IMG/VR virus record: IMGVR_UViG_3300045988_172985
Coordinates: 1 to 57,492 of that record
DNA length: 57,492 nucleotides
Source: a virus
Reading direction: 5' to 3' (one strand)
Position 1 is the stretch's first letter, and every line of letters begins with the position of its first letter. A model generated the notes under the pieces. That model was not told the DNA's origin and did not search any database. It saw only the letters and a program-made list of their open reading frames with translations. This document shows positions 42,925 through 49,997 of the stretch, piece by piece. The position numbers were made by a program, and so were the translations under genes.

Positions 42925-42952
42925 AACCCCTTGTTTAAGGGGGTTTTCTTTC
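42925..42952 (+). terminator. intrinsic terminator
   Basis: AACCCCTT-gttt-AAGGGGGTT followed by TTCTTTC. Confidence 0.7.
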
Positions 42953-43035
42953 GATTTAAGAGACTTTAGTCTTTTCGGCTATAACTATACTATTTTTATA
43001 TTTTCATTAAACCTCGATTACAGAATCAAACGAGA

Positions 43036-43066
43036 CAATAATAAAAGAACTAGATTAACTAGTTCT
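43036..43066 (-). terminator. intrinsic terminator
   Basis: Minus-strand AGAACTAG-loop-CTAGTTCT followed by TTTTATTATT. Confidence 0.6.
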
Positions 43067-43297
43067 CTTTAAATAATCATACACCTTGGATATTAATTTT
43101 TTCAGATCATAGGTATATTTGAAATCGGATACACCTAATCTGAGTGAGGTATTAGTTCTAGTGTAATCTTTATTTAAGTAAAGTAACAGATTGGTTTCGT
43201 ATTCGTCAAGGTGCATCTTCTTGCATATATCCATAACATTGTTATAACATATGCTTTTAATGTACCTTTTCGTCTCAAGGTAGTTTTTCTTATCCAT
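43055..43297 (-). CDS. putative transcriptional regulator (80 aa)
   Basis: Start trimmed to the ATG at 43297, behind GAGGGA. LRLGVSDFKYTYDLKKL is weakly HTH-like. Confidence 0.35.
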   Translation of the reverse strand: MDKKNYLETKRYIKSICYNNVMDICKKMHLDEYETNLLLYLNKDYTRTNTSLRLGVSDFKYTYDLKKLISKVYDYLKRTS

Positions 43298-43412
43298 TTT
43301 ATCCCTCACAATATTATTATATTACTTTTAAAACATAAATTAATTAGAAATAAATGTTAAAAAAGTTAGGAATATAATAGCATAATTTGTGCTACTTTGA
43401 GTATATATAAAA

Positions 43413-43447
43413 TCGTAAATCTCGTAAATTTTCGTAGATATTCGTAA
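43413..43447. repeat. four helically phased TCGTA(A/G) repeats upstream of a -35-less promoter
   Basis: TCGTA starts at 43413, 43422, 43432 and 43442. An extended -10 (TGCTATTAT, minus strand) lies at 43382-43374. Confidence 0.6.
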
Positions 43448-43467
43448 TTATCAGTCGAAAATAAACA

Positions 43468-43689
43468 CTACAAAGTATTTTGTAATGTTAATTTTGCTCT
43501 TTCTTGAAGAGTCTTTTTTCTATTTCTGACAGTACCTTCGGAAATATTTAATTCTTTAGCGATATTGCAATTATTTTCCCCAAGTCTCCATAGTTCGAAT
43601 ATTCTTTTTTCACCTCGAGCAATATTGAAATACATGGAGTTTAATAAAAATGTATATAATGTTTCGTTTTCAACAATCTTATTTCCCAT
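43468..43689 (-). CDS. sigma-70 region-4 / LuxR-type HTH protein (73 aa), candidate late regulator
   Basis: RIFELWRLGENNCNIAKELNISEGTVRNRKKTLQERA. Confidence 0.55.
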   Translation of the reverse strand: MGNKIVENETLYTFLLNSMYFNIARGEKRIFELWRLGENNCNIAKELNISEGTVRNRKKTLQERAKLTLQNTL

Positions 43690-43712
43690 AAATTCCTCCC
43701 TTTTTTCTAGGT

Positions 43713-43742
43713 ATTATATCAAAAGTTGACAAATTTGTCAAC
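43713..43742 (-). promoter_or_regulatory. consensus promoter overlapped by a perfect 18-bp palindrome
   Basis: -35 TTGACA (43741-43736), 17-nt spacer, -10 TATAAT (43718-43713). Palindrome GTTGACAAATTTGTCAAC at 43725-43742. Confidence 0.7.
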
Positions 43743-43750
43743 TATTAACT

Positions 43751-43782
43751 TAAAAGAAAAGAGATGAACATTTATTCATCTC
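43751..43782 (-). terminator. intrinsic terminator of the lysis cassette
   Basis: Minus-strand GAGATGAA-loop-TTCATCTC followed by TTTTCTTTT. Confidence 0.65.
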
Positions 43783-44131
43783 GTAAATTACTATAGCATT
43801 CTCTTATAAAAGCGTCTTCACTTTCAAATATACCATTGTGAAGATGTAGTCTCTCCACTGCCGCTTCATAGTTAGCGATAAACACAAAGATACTTTCATA
43901 TTCAAATCTTGTGTGTGGAACACCTCTTCTTAGGTCTCCGGCAAATCTGCAAACTTCAAATCGCCAATGTTCCATGTCTTTTTTTAACGATGCTAATTCA
44001 TTATCATCTATCTTTTTTTCTAAAGGTTTTAATTTTCGGTCGAATAGTTTATTTATGATTGCTGAAAAAACTCCTAAAACACTAGATATTGTAAGTATGA
44101 GACCTAAGATTTCTTTAAAAATTTCTATCAT
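43772..44131 (-). CDS. N-terminally membrane-anchored protein of the lysis cassette (119 aa)
   Basis: TM helix ILGLILTISSVLGVFSAII. ATGA overlap with the endolysin stop. Confidence 0.45.
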   Translation of the reverse strand: MIEIFKEILGLILTISSVLGVFSAIINKLFDRKLKPLEKKIDDNELASLKKDMEHWRFEVCRFAGDLRRGVPHTRFEYESIFVFIANYEAAVERLHLHNGIFESEDAFIRECYSNLRDE

Positions 44132-44928
44132 GCTTTAATTAAATTTCCGTTTTTCAATTTATTTAATAGTTCAGTGTTTTGTTCAGCTGAACCACAATAA
44201 TTATTTATTCCGTTTACTTCAGCAAGTTGTGTACGATAATTATAAGAACTATCGATTCCTATTTCATTTAAAGCATCCACAATTGATACACCCGTGTATG
44301 ACGCATTAGATAAATAATCATATTTTGGTCTTAATAATTCGTTAACCCTAGTCTGAACTTCATCGTATCTATCACCAAGTGCTTTCTTTCTGTCTTCACC
44401 ATTTCCATAAACACCGTTTATAACCTCTTGTGCTAGTTCATCAACCGATTTTTGAGGTATTACCTCTTTGGTGTATTGTCTGACTTCCTCTTTTGATACA
44501 CCAAAATATGAATATGGATTAGACCACATACTAGAATTACCTCTTGGCTCATCGCCATAATAAGTACCATTTTTTCTATTATCTAAATGAGAATAATTAC
44601 CATCTATGTTTGCTATTCCATTTAACAATTTCATATCCCAAGCAACACATATTACAATCTTAGAAGGTATAATGTTGCCATTTTCATCATAATAAACACA
44701 ATCTGCCGCTAATCCTTCTGAATGGCGACCTGCAAAGCCTCCGATTTGTATATCGTATTCTCTGCATCTGTAGCCACTGGAGATTATACACTTACTTGCA
44801 TTTAACTTTTTAAATAATTCCTCCATTTTTTTTACTAGTTCTTCTTGAATGTAAATATTACCACAATGTTGGCATCTGAACTCCGAACTATGAAAGTGTT
44901 CAGTTATTTGTCTGTTATCTGTTATCAT
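44128..44928 (-). CDS. endolysin: M15/LAS-type zinc peptidase plus C-terminal cell-wall-binding repeats (266 aa)
   Basis: SGYRC..GRHSEGLAADC..YSHLDNR (H-D-H zinc ligands). A CW_7-like VINGVYGNGEDRKKALGDRYDEVQTRVNELL segment. Confidence 0.75.
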   Translation of the reverse strand: MITDNRQITEHFHSSEFRCQHCGNIYIQEELVKKMEELFKKLNASKCIISSGYRCREYDIQIGGFAGRHSEGLAADCVYYDENGNIIPSKIVICVAWDMKLLNGIANIDGNYSHLDNRKNGTYYGDEPRGNSSMWSNPYSYFGVSKEEVRQYTKEVIPQKSVDELAQEVINGVYGNGEDRKKALGDRYDEVQTRVNELLRPKYDYLSNASYTGVSIVDALNEIGIDSSYNYRTQLAEVNGINNYCGSAEQNTELLNKLKNGNLIKA

Positions 44929-44940
44929 ATTCGTTCCTCC

Positions 44941-45111
44941 TTAATCTTTATTATTTTTTACTGCTTGTGTTCCTAAAAAGAAACCTACGACAGTTGCTAA
45001 CACTGATTTCAATGTGTCATCTATTGGTATTTGCATAATAATACAATATGCAAATAGTAACATTACAGTCACCGTTATAAATGACTTTATATCATCCCAT
45101 GCTTTCTTCAA
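44941..45111 (-). CDS. holin (56 aa, 2 TM helices, TTG start)
   Basis: Hand-translated (M)KKAWDDIKSFITVTVMLLFAYCIIMQIPIDDTLKSVLATVVGFFLGTQAVKNNKD. GGAGGAG RBS 6 nt upstream. Lies directly upstream of the endolysin. Confidence 0.6.
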   Translation of the reverse strand: MKKAWDDIKSFITVTVMLLFAYCIIMQIPIDDTLKSVLATVVGFFLGTQAVKNNKD

Positions 45112-45144
45112 TTTTGTCTCCTCCTTCGTATTCTATCTCACAAT

Positions 45145-45173
45145 ATTATAACATATTTAATTTTTTTTGTAAA
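45145..45173 (-). promoter_or_regulatory. promoter of the lysis cassette
   Basis: -35 TTTACA (45173-45168), 17-nt spacer ending TGT, -10 TATAAT (45150-45145). Confidence 0.55.
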
Positions 45174-45178
45174 AGTAC

Positions 45179-45207
45179 TTGACTAATAAAGTCGAATATG
45201 GTATTAT
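45179..45207 (+). promoter_or_regulatory. promoter of the modular ncRNA
   Basis: -35 TTGACT (45179-45184), 17-nt spacer ending TGG, -10 TATTAT (45202-45207). Confidence 0.7.
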
Positions 45208-45214
45208 TAAATTG

Positions 45215-45248
45215 TCAAGAGGAGCAAAAGACAACTCCTGCCTCTTGA
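45215..45248 (+). ncRNA. module 0: 5'-terminal stem-loop
   Basis: TCAAGAGG (45215-22) pairs with CCTCTTGA (45241-48). Inner pairing AGGAG/CTCCT. Confidence 0.5.
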
Positions 45249-45280
45249 TTCAAACTATATTATTCTTTTAAATAAGATAT

Positions 45281-45444
45281 CGTTACCTTTTATAGGTAGC
45301 GTAGGATAAATGAGAGAGGGAGCAAAAGTACAATGCCTAGTAGAACCCTATTAGGAGGATTTTGAAGCCGGACTAGAGAAATCTCAATAGCGGAATGGAA
45401 TCGAAATTCATTTATCCTACGGTACTTATGAGAGTAAGTATCGG
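45281..45444 (+). ncRNA. module 1
   Basis: Hairpin 45281-45301 (loop TTTAT). A 13-bp helix, 45301-45313 with 45408-45420. Hairpin 45421-45442 (loop TGAGAG). Confidence 0.6.
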
Positions 45445-45470
45445 ACTTAAAAATATTAATTTCGTAATAA

Positions 45471-45602
45471 TGCTACTTTTTATAGGTAGCATAGAGTAGA
45501 TAATTATTATAACCTGTTCTATGAGGTTGACTATATAAATCAATAGAACAATGGGAAAATATAGTCCTTGTCTATTCTATGGTACTTATGAGAGTAAGTA
45601 CC
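45471..45602 (+). ncRNA. module 2
   Basis: Hairpin 45472-45490 (loop TTTAT). A 14-bp helix, 45490-45503 with 45568-45581. Inner hairpins 45511-45528 and 45529-45566. Hairpin 45581-45602 (loop TGAGAG). Confidence 0.6.
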
Positions 45603-45628
45603 TTGTTGATTCACTTAACTTTAACTTA

Positions 45629-45778
45629 GACACCTTTATAGGTGTCGCCGAGATTATGGTTGTTTATAATTTTACAAGTAACTATAAATAAATGACTGTT
45701 TGATTTCTTTTAAATAAAAAATTCCTTGAAATTGTTGTTTGAAGTTACCATAGTCTCGGTGATGCTTATGAAAGCATC
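45629..45778 (+). ncRNA. module 3
   Basis: Hairpin 45629-45646 (loop TTAT). A 13-bp helix, 45647-45659 with 45748-45760. Hairpin 45761-45778 (loop ATGA). Confidence 0.6.
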
Positions 45779-45807
45779 GAATCGACTACTAAATACATCA
45801 TTCTATT

Positions 45808-45845
45808 TAAAAAATCAGGATTTAATTATCCTGATTTTATTTTAT
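45808..45845. terminator. bidirectional intrinsic terminator
   Basis: A 10-bp stem AAATCAGGAT-ttaatt-ATCCTGATTT, flanked by an A-run on the left and a T-run on the right. Confidence 0.7.
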
Positions 45846-46037
45846 GTCTTCTTCTACATATAAGTCATTTAACTTGTTTTCATCAAAGTTATCTGCTAAA
45901 AAGATAATAGTTGCATAATAAGGTTTGTGTTCTTTTTCTGTTTCTGTAGCAGGTGTATACACATCATTAATATCTCTTATGTGTTTATTTTCATCTGCAA
46001 TTAATATCTTTTTCTTTCCATAATTTCTTATCTCCAT
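45837..46037 (-). CDS. hypothetical protein, last gene of the tail operon (66 aa)
   Basis: AGGAGG RBS. Confidence 0.45.
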   Translation of the reverse strand: MEIRNYGKKKILIADENKHIRDINDVYTPATETEKEHKPYYATIIFLADNFDENKLNDLYVEEDIK

Positions 46038-46046
46038 AATTACCTC

Positions 46047-46835
46047 CTAACTAATTGTCCAACCTTTTGCTTGAGCATTACTTAAAGCTGTTTGTCCTTC
46101 TTCTGAAGTTAACTTTGCTAAATTATTAGTTCCGAGTACAACTTTCTGAGGTTTACAACCTTTTGTTTTTATATCGTATAATCCATTTAATGTGTTAATT
46201 AAACTTTGTTCTGTAAACTTGCCACTAAAATTCATATTTATTGTATAATATAAAAAGTTTTCCGAAGCTGTGGTTAAAAATGCTTTTCCTATATTTTCAA
46301 AGCCACCAAAATCTGTTAAATTGTTTATACTATCAAATACACCACTTATATTTGTCACTTTTTCACAATTTATTTTATTTAATTTAAGCAGAGCTCTACA
46401 ACTTTGAAATGCATTCGACATATCTTCCTTTGCTGTGATGTTTTTTAACCATGGTATTTCCTTTAGTTCTGATGCACCATAGAACATTTGATATAAACTA
46501 ACTTCGTTACTAGGAAAAATTACTTCAGGTAACACTGTTTCATCAAATGGAAATTCTCTAAACATATACGCTGTGCGTGTACCTTCAGCTACATACAATG
46601 GACTTCTCCATTTCTTTATGTTCTGTTTCCAACCAGGGTTTATATAAGTACCACCAATTATATTCTTATCGAAATAATCGTTTATATCAACACCACCTTG
46701 TATGTTAGCAACCTTTGGAACTAAAGTTGTAAATGTTTCATCATTTGTAGCATCTACACCTTTTGCTACTAAATTTGTTACTAATGTTGTTTTATCTGTT
46801 TGAAGTTGAGTTAAATATTCTGCGGTTGTAGCCAT
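46047..46835 (-). CDS. tail fibre / receptor-binding candidate with BspA-type leucine-rich-repeat-like C-terminal region (262 aa)
   Basis: N-terminus TAEYLTQLQTDKTTLVTNLVAKGVDA is typical of fibre proteins. YQMFYGASELKEIPWL..SNAFQSCRALLKLN..VTNISGVFDS is LRR-like. Confidence 0.5.
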   Translation of the reverse strand: MATTAEYLTQLQTDKTTLVTNLVAKGVDATNDETFTTLVPKVANIQGGVDINDYFDKNIIGGTYINPGWKQNIKKWRSPLYVAEGTRTAYMFREFPFDETVLPEVIFPSNEVSLYQMFYGASELKEIPWLKNITAKEDMSNAFQSCRALLKLNKINCEKVTNISGVFDSINNLTDFGGFENIGKAFLTTASENFLYYTINMNFSGKFTEQSLINTLNGLYDIKTKGCKPQKVVLGTNNLAKLTSEEGQTALSNAQAKGWTIS

Positions 46836-48187
46836 TATTTAGTCACCTCACTAACCGTTGTTAATGTAGCCAAAACAGTGTTTATATTTCCTACTTGGTT
46901 ATCAACATATTGCTTTGTTGCCGGATGGTAGTCTGCTGTAGGGGTGTAACTACTTTTATTAGTTTTGCTGAGAACAGGTAATGTTCTATTGTAAGAAGTG
47001 TTGTTGTGCGATGTCATTCCAAATGAAACTTTAGTCACTACACCTTTGGTAACTGTACAATCTATATATAACCAAGTTTTGTATTCTTCTAACTCGTTAT
47101 TACCATAAATATCAGTTTCAGTTCTATAAAACCACGGACTGTTAAATGATACTGATGCACTTATTTTATCGCTAAAGTCGATGTCTTTGATTTTTGGGCT
47201 AATATATACATTTCTATCTGAACTTGCTCTATAATTATACTGATTGTCGCTTCTTACAATTAATACCGTTTTCCCTGATAATGCTAAATCAAAAGCATTT
47301 TGCATAAATGTTATCTGTTCAGCAGAAGTGTTTGGAAAATCAGTTAATATTACATAATCTTCGTTTTCAATTATAGCATTAATAGTATTATTTTCTATAA
47401 CTATATTTTTACCAGCAGTTAGATTATCTTGCTTCTTTGCCAATTCTTCATTTGCCTCATCTTTTGTATAATAATTACTTAAATCAACCGAAGTATCACC
47501 AATATGCTCCCAAGAACCATTTGTATAAACATATTCATCATATAAGTTTTGTACACCAGGTTTTTCTTTCTTCAATAGATATATAGTATCAGTCTCACCT
47601 GTTTCCGGAAGAGTATCTACAACTTGCATTTTAACCGATCCAGGTTCTCCTTGAGGACCCTGTGGTCCTGGAGCACCATCTTTTACTTCAGTTCTAGTTG
47701 TATTTCCTTTTTTATCGGTAAGAACAATATCAACACCATCTTCTACTCTTTCTGTAGTTATATTAAGATTATCCATTTCTTTTATTTTTGCATTTGCAGT
47801 GTCAATCCACTCAGGATACTCATCTGGTATTTCTGTTGTGGCATTAATTGCTTCTTTTACCTCTAAGTAAAACTTATTACTTTTAAATACAGGGGTGCCT
47901 TCTGGAGTAGCATCTTCGGTTACTCTAAGTTGAAGATATATTCTTCCTTCTTTTGTAAGAAGGCTAGATTTTATTTCTAGTTGATATTCTTCTCCAACTT
48001 GATTCATTTGAAGATATCCTTTTTCAGTATCTCTTTCATATTCTAGGTATGCTATTCCTTTTGGGAAAGTACCTAGAAACTTAAATATAATTTTTCCTTG
48101 TAAGTTTTCATAACTTATACCAAGGACAGTTTCTTGTTTATAGACCATGCTGTTTTGGTCTATTTTAATAATCACATCTTTCATCAT
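46835..48187 (-). CDS. tail fibre protein with a short collagen-like segment (450 aa)
   Basis: GAPGPQGPQGEPG Gly-X-Y run; position in the tail-tip block. Confidence 0.55.
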   Translation of the reverse strand: MMKDVIIKIDQNSMVYKQETVLGISYENLQGKIIFKFLGTFPKGIAYLEYERDTEKGYLQMNQVGEEYQLEIKSSLLTKEGRIYLQLRVTEDATPEGTPVFKSNKFYLEVKEAINATTEIPDEYPEWIDTANAKIKEMDNLNITTERVEDGVDIVLTDKKGNTTRTEVKDGAPGPQGPQGEPGSVKMQVVDTLPETGETDTIYLLKKEKPGVQNLYDEYVYTNGSWEHIGDTSVDLSNYYTKDEANEELAKKQDNLTAGKNIVIENNTINAIIENEDYVILTDFPNTSAEQITFMQNAFDLALSGKTVLIVRSDNQYNYRASSDRNVYISPKIKDIDFSDKISASVSFNSPWFYRTETDIYGNNELEEYKTWLYIDCTVTKGVVTKVSFGMTSHNNTSYNRTLPVLSKTNKSSYTPTADYHPATKQYVDNQVGNINTVLATLTTVSEVTK

Positions 48188-48202
48188 ATCATCTCCTTTT
48201 TA

Positions 48203-49996
48203 TTAAATCGTCTTGGTTGGTTTTGTTTCATCCTCTATCATTAAATTAGCAACAGAATCCGTGACTTTTGTATAATTTACTATCATAAAAATATGCCAAT
48301 TCTCTCCGCTCCATCCAGTTTGAACTAAAAATTCATAGTATGTTGTGTCTATACAAACACTTAGTTCATCATGGGCTGTATTAGAGCCGTATTGTGTAAC
48401 AGGTAACATATATGTTAGTTTGGCTGCCTTTGTGCTTTGAACGAAAGCATGTTTTATGAATATTGTGTCTACATTTTCAATACCGTGAGCGTGTCGATTA
48501 TTAACAGTGGCTGAACAACCACTGTCGTGTATTATAACTTTTTGATATAACGGTTTTCCATCATACCATTTGCCTATTACAGTCTCATCTTCGGAATATA
48601 AAAACGGATTGTTACCATTGATTCTAAGTTCACCGAGAATATCAACAAAATTTTCACTCCACCAGAATATTGGAAATCCTCTTGGTATCTGAGCTACACT
48701 TTGTGTACTACTTAATTTATCTGTTACTATCACAATTATATCATATTGTTTTTTATAGTTAAATAACCCATCTACATTTATCGTACCAGAGAATGTGTTA
48801 TCTTTAATTGTTGGTGTTATTGTTCCACCGTTAGTATACTCTTCTATGCCCTTTTCTTTATATTTCCAAGTAACAACGAGTTCATTAGAAGTGGTTTTGG
48901 AAAACTTACCATTATAGTAATCACCCTTATATTCAATAGTGGCATCGCCTGTTGTCGGTTCTGTTCTTTTTGCTGAAGTTATAGTGATTGTTGGTAATAT
49001 GTAATCTATAAATGTGCCAGTACTACTAAGTGGAGTTTCAGTTGAATAATCTCTGCTATTTATCGCTTTTACAATAAAACTATTTTGGGTGGGATTTTGA
49101 ACATCGAATACTCTCTGTGTTAAATCACTTATATTGTTACCAGCGACTTGTAAGTATGATAATGTTGAGTTATCGTCGTTTGGCGATGTTATTTGAATTT
49201 GTGTTGTAATTCTTGGTGTACTTTTATATTTAATTATAACATTTTCATTACCGGTAAGTGTTTTTGTAGTTTCATTAGTATCAATTACTGTACCAGTTAT
49301 TACTGGTGAACAAAGTGCTTGATTTGCGACAACAGTAAGTGTTCCACTTTTAGAACCTACAAGTGTACTTCCGCTATATGTTCTAACTGTGATACTACCT
49401 TGACCACTTTTTTTATTAAATTGTTTGTAGTAACTTTTATCAGCATTGAAATTCCAAGTCCTAATACTTGTATCATATTTAACTTCACTATTACTAAGTG
49501 TGCCATCAGTTTTTAAATATTTGTTTGTCGTACCAAAACTAATTGATACACTATGAGAAAAATTAGCATATGGTGTTAATGTAAAAGAGGTTGTATTCTC
49601 AACATCGCAAGTGATATTTGGAGCAGGGGTTGCTCTTGGGATGGTGGTGAGTGGTAACGAACCGTTTGCAGATTTTGTACTATATACTTCGGAATAACCT
49701 TCAATATAAAAAGATACACTAGCTCTACCTTCCGAATCGTGCGGAACGTTATATATATAACCACTAACACTCCCGTCTTTTGCTGGGAACACTCCAGAAC
49801 TCCAACTTTTACTCTCATTGAAAACAACAGAACCATTAACAATTGCTTTACAATAAGAATCATACCATTGAGTTCCACCACCAGAAATATTTATCTCCCA
49901 ATAAATATTTGATGTATTATTCTCTATAGAATAACTTGATTCACTAACATTTAATGTAAATGTTCTTCCTGTGGAAGTAAAAGAACAACTTGCCAT
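48203..49996 (-). CDS. tail-tip / receptor-binding structural protein (597 aa)
   Basis: Ser/Thr/Asn-rich and predicted beta-rich; position after the Tal-like gene. Confidence 0.5.
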   Translation of the reverse strand: MASCSFTSTGRTFTLNVSESSYSIENNTSNIYWEINISGGGTQWYDSYCKAIVNGSVVFNESKSWSSGVFPAKDGSVSGYIYNVPHDSEGRASVSFYIEGYSEVYSTKSANGSLPLTTIPRATPAPNITCDVENTTSFTLTPYANFSHSVSISFGTTNKYLKTDGTLSNSEVKYDTSIRTWNFNADKSYYKQFNKKSGQGSITVRTYSGSTLVGSKSGTLTVVANQALCSPVITGTVIDTNETTKTLTGNENVIIKYKSTPRITTQIQITSPNDDNSTLSYLQVAGNNISDLTQRVFDVQNPTQNSFIVKAINSRDYSTETPLSSTGTFIDYILPTITITSAKRTEPTTGDATIEYKGDYYNGKFSKTTSNELVVTWKYKEKGIEEYTNGGTITPTIKDNTFSGTINVDGLFNYKKQYDIIVIVTDKLSSTQSVAQIPRGFPIFWWSENFVDILGELRINGNNPFLYSEDETVIGKWYDGKPLYQKVIIHDSGCSATVNNRHAHGIENVDTIFIKHAFVQSTKAAKLTYMLPVTQYGSNTAHDELSVCIDTTYYEFLVQTGWSGENWHIFMIVNYTKVTDSVANLMIEDETKPTKTI

Positions 49997-49997
49997 A

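Larger units (their letters stand above)
45215..45840 (+). ncRNA. ~630-nt noncoding RNA: a 5' hairpin plus three tandem structured modules
   Basis: Promoter and terminator bound a region with no ORF. The three modules share an architecture, show compensatory changes, and carry only plus-strand G-U wobbles. Confidence 0.65.

Noticed and set aside
45281-45778. The repeated hairpins as a CRISPR array or a ToxI-like antitoxin repeat array
   Set aside because: The units are about 130-165 nt and are not identical, so there is no repeat/spacer alternation. No cas or toxN-like gene is adjacent. Only the hairpin-b sequence (GGTACTTATGAGAGTAAGTA) recurs, and only twice.
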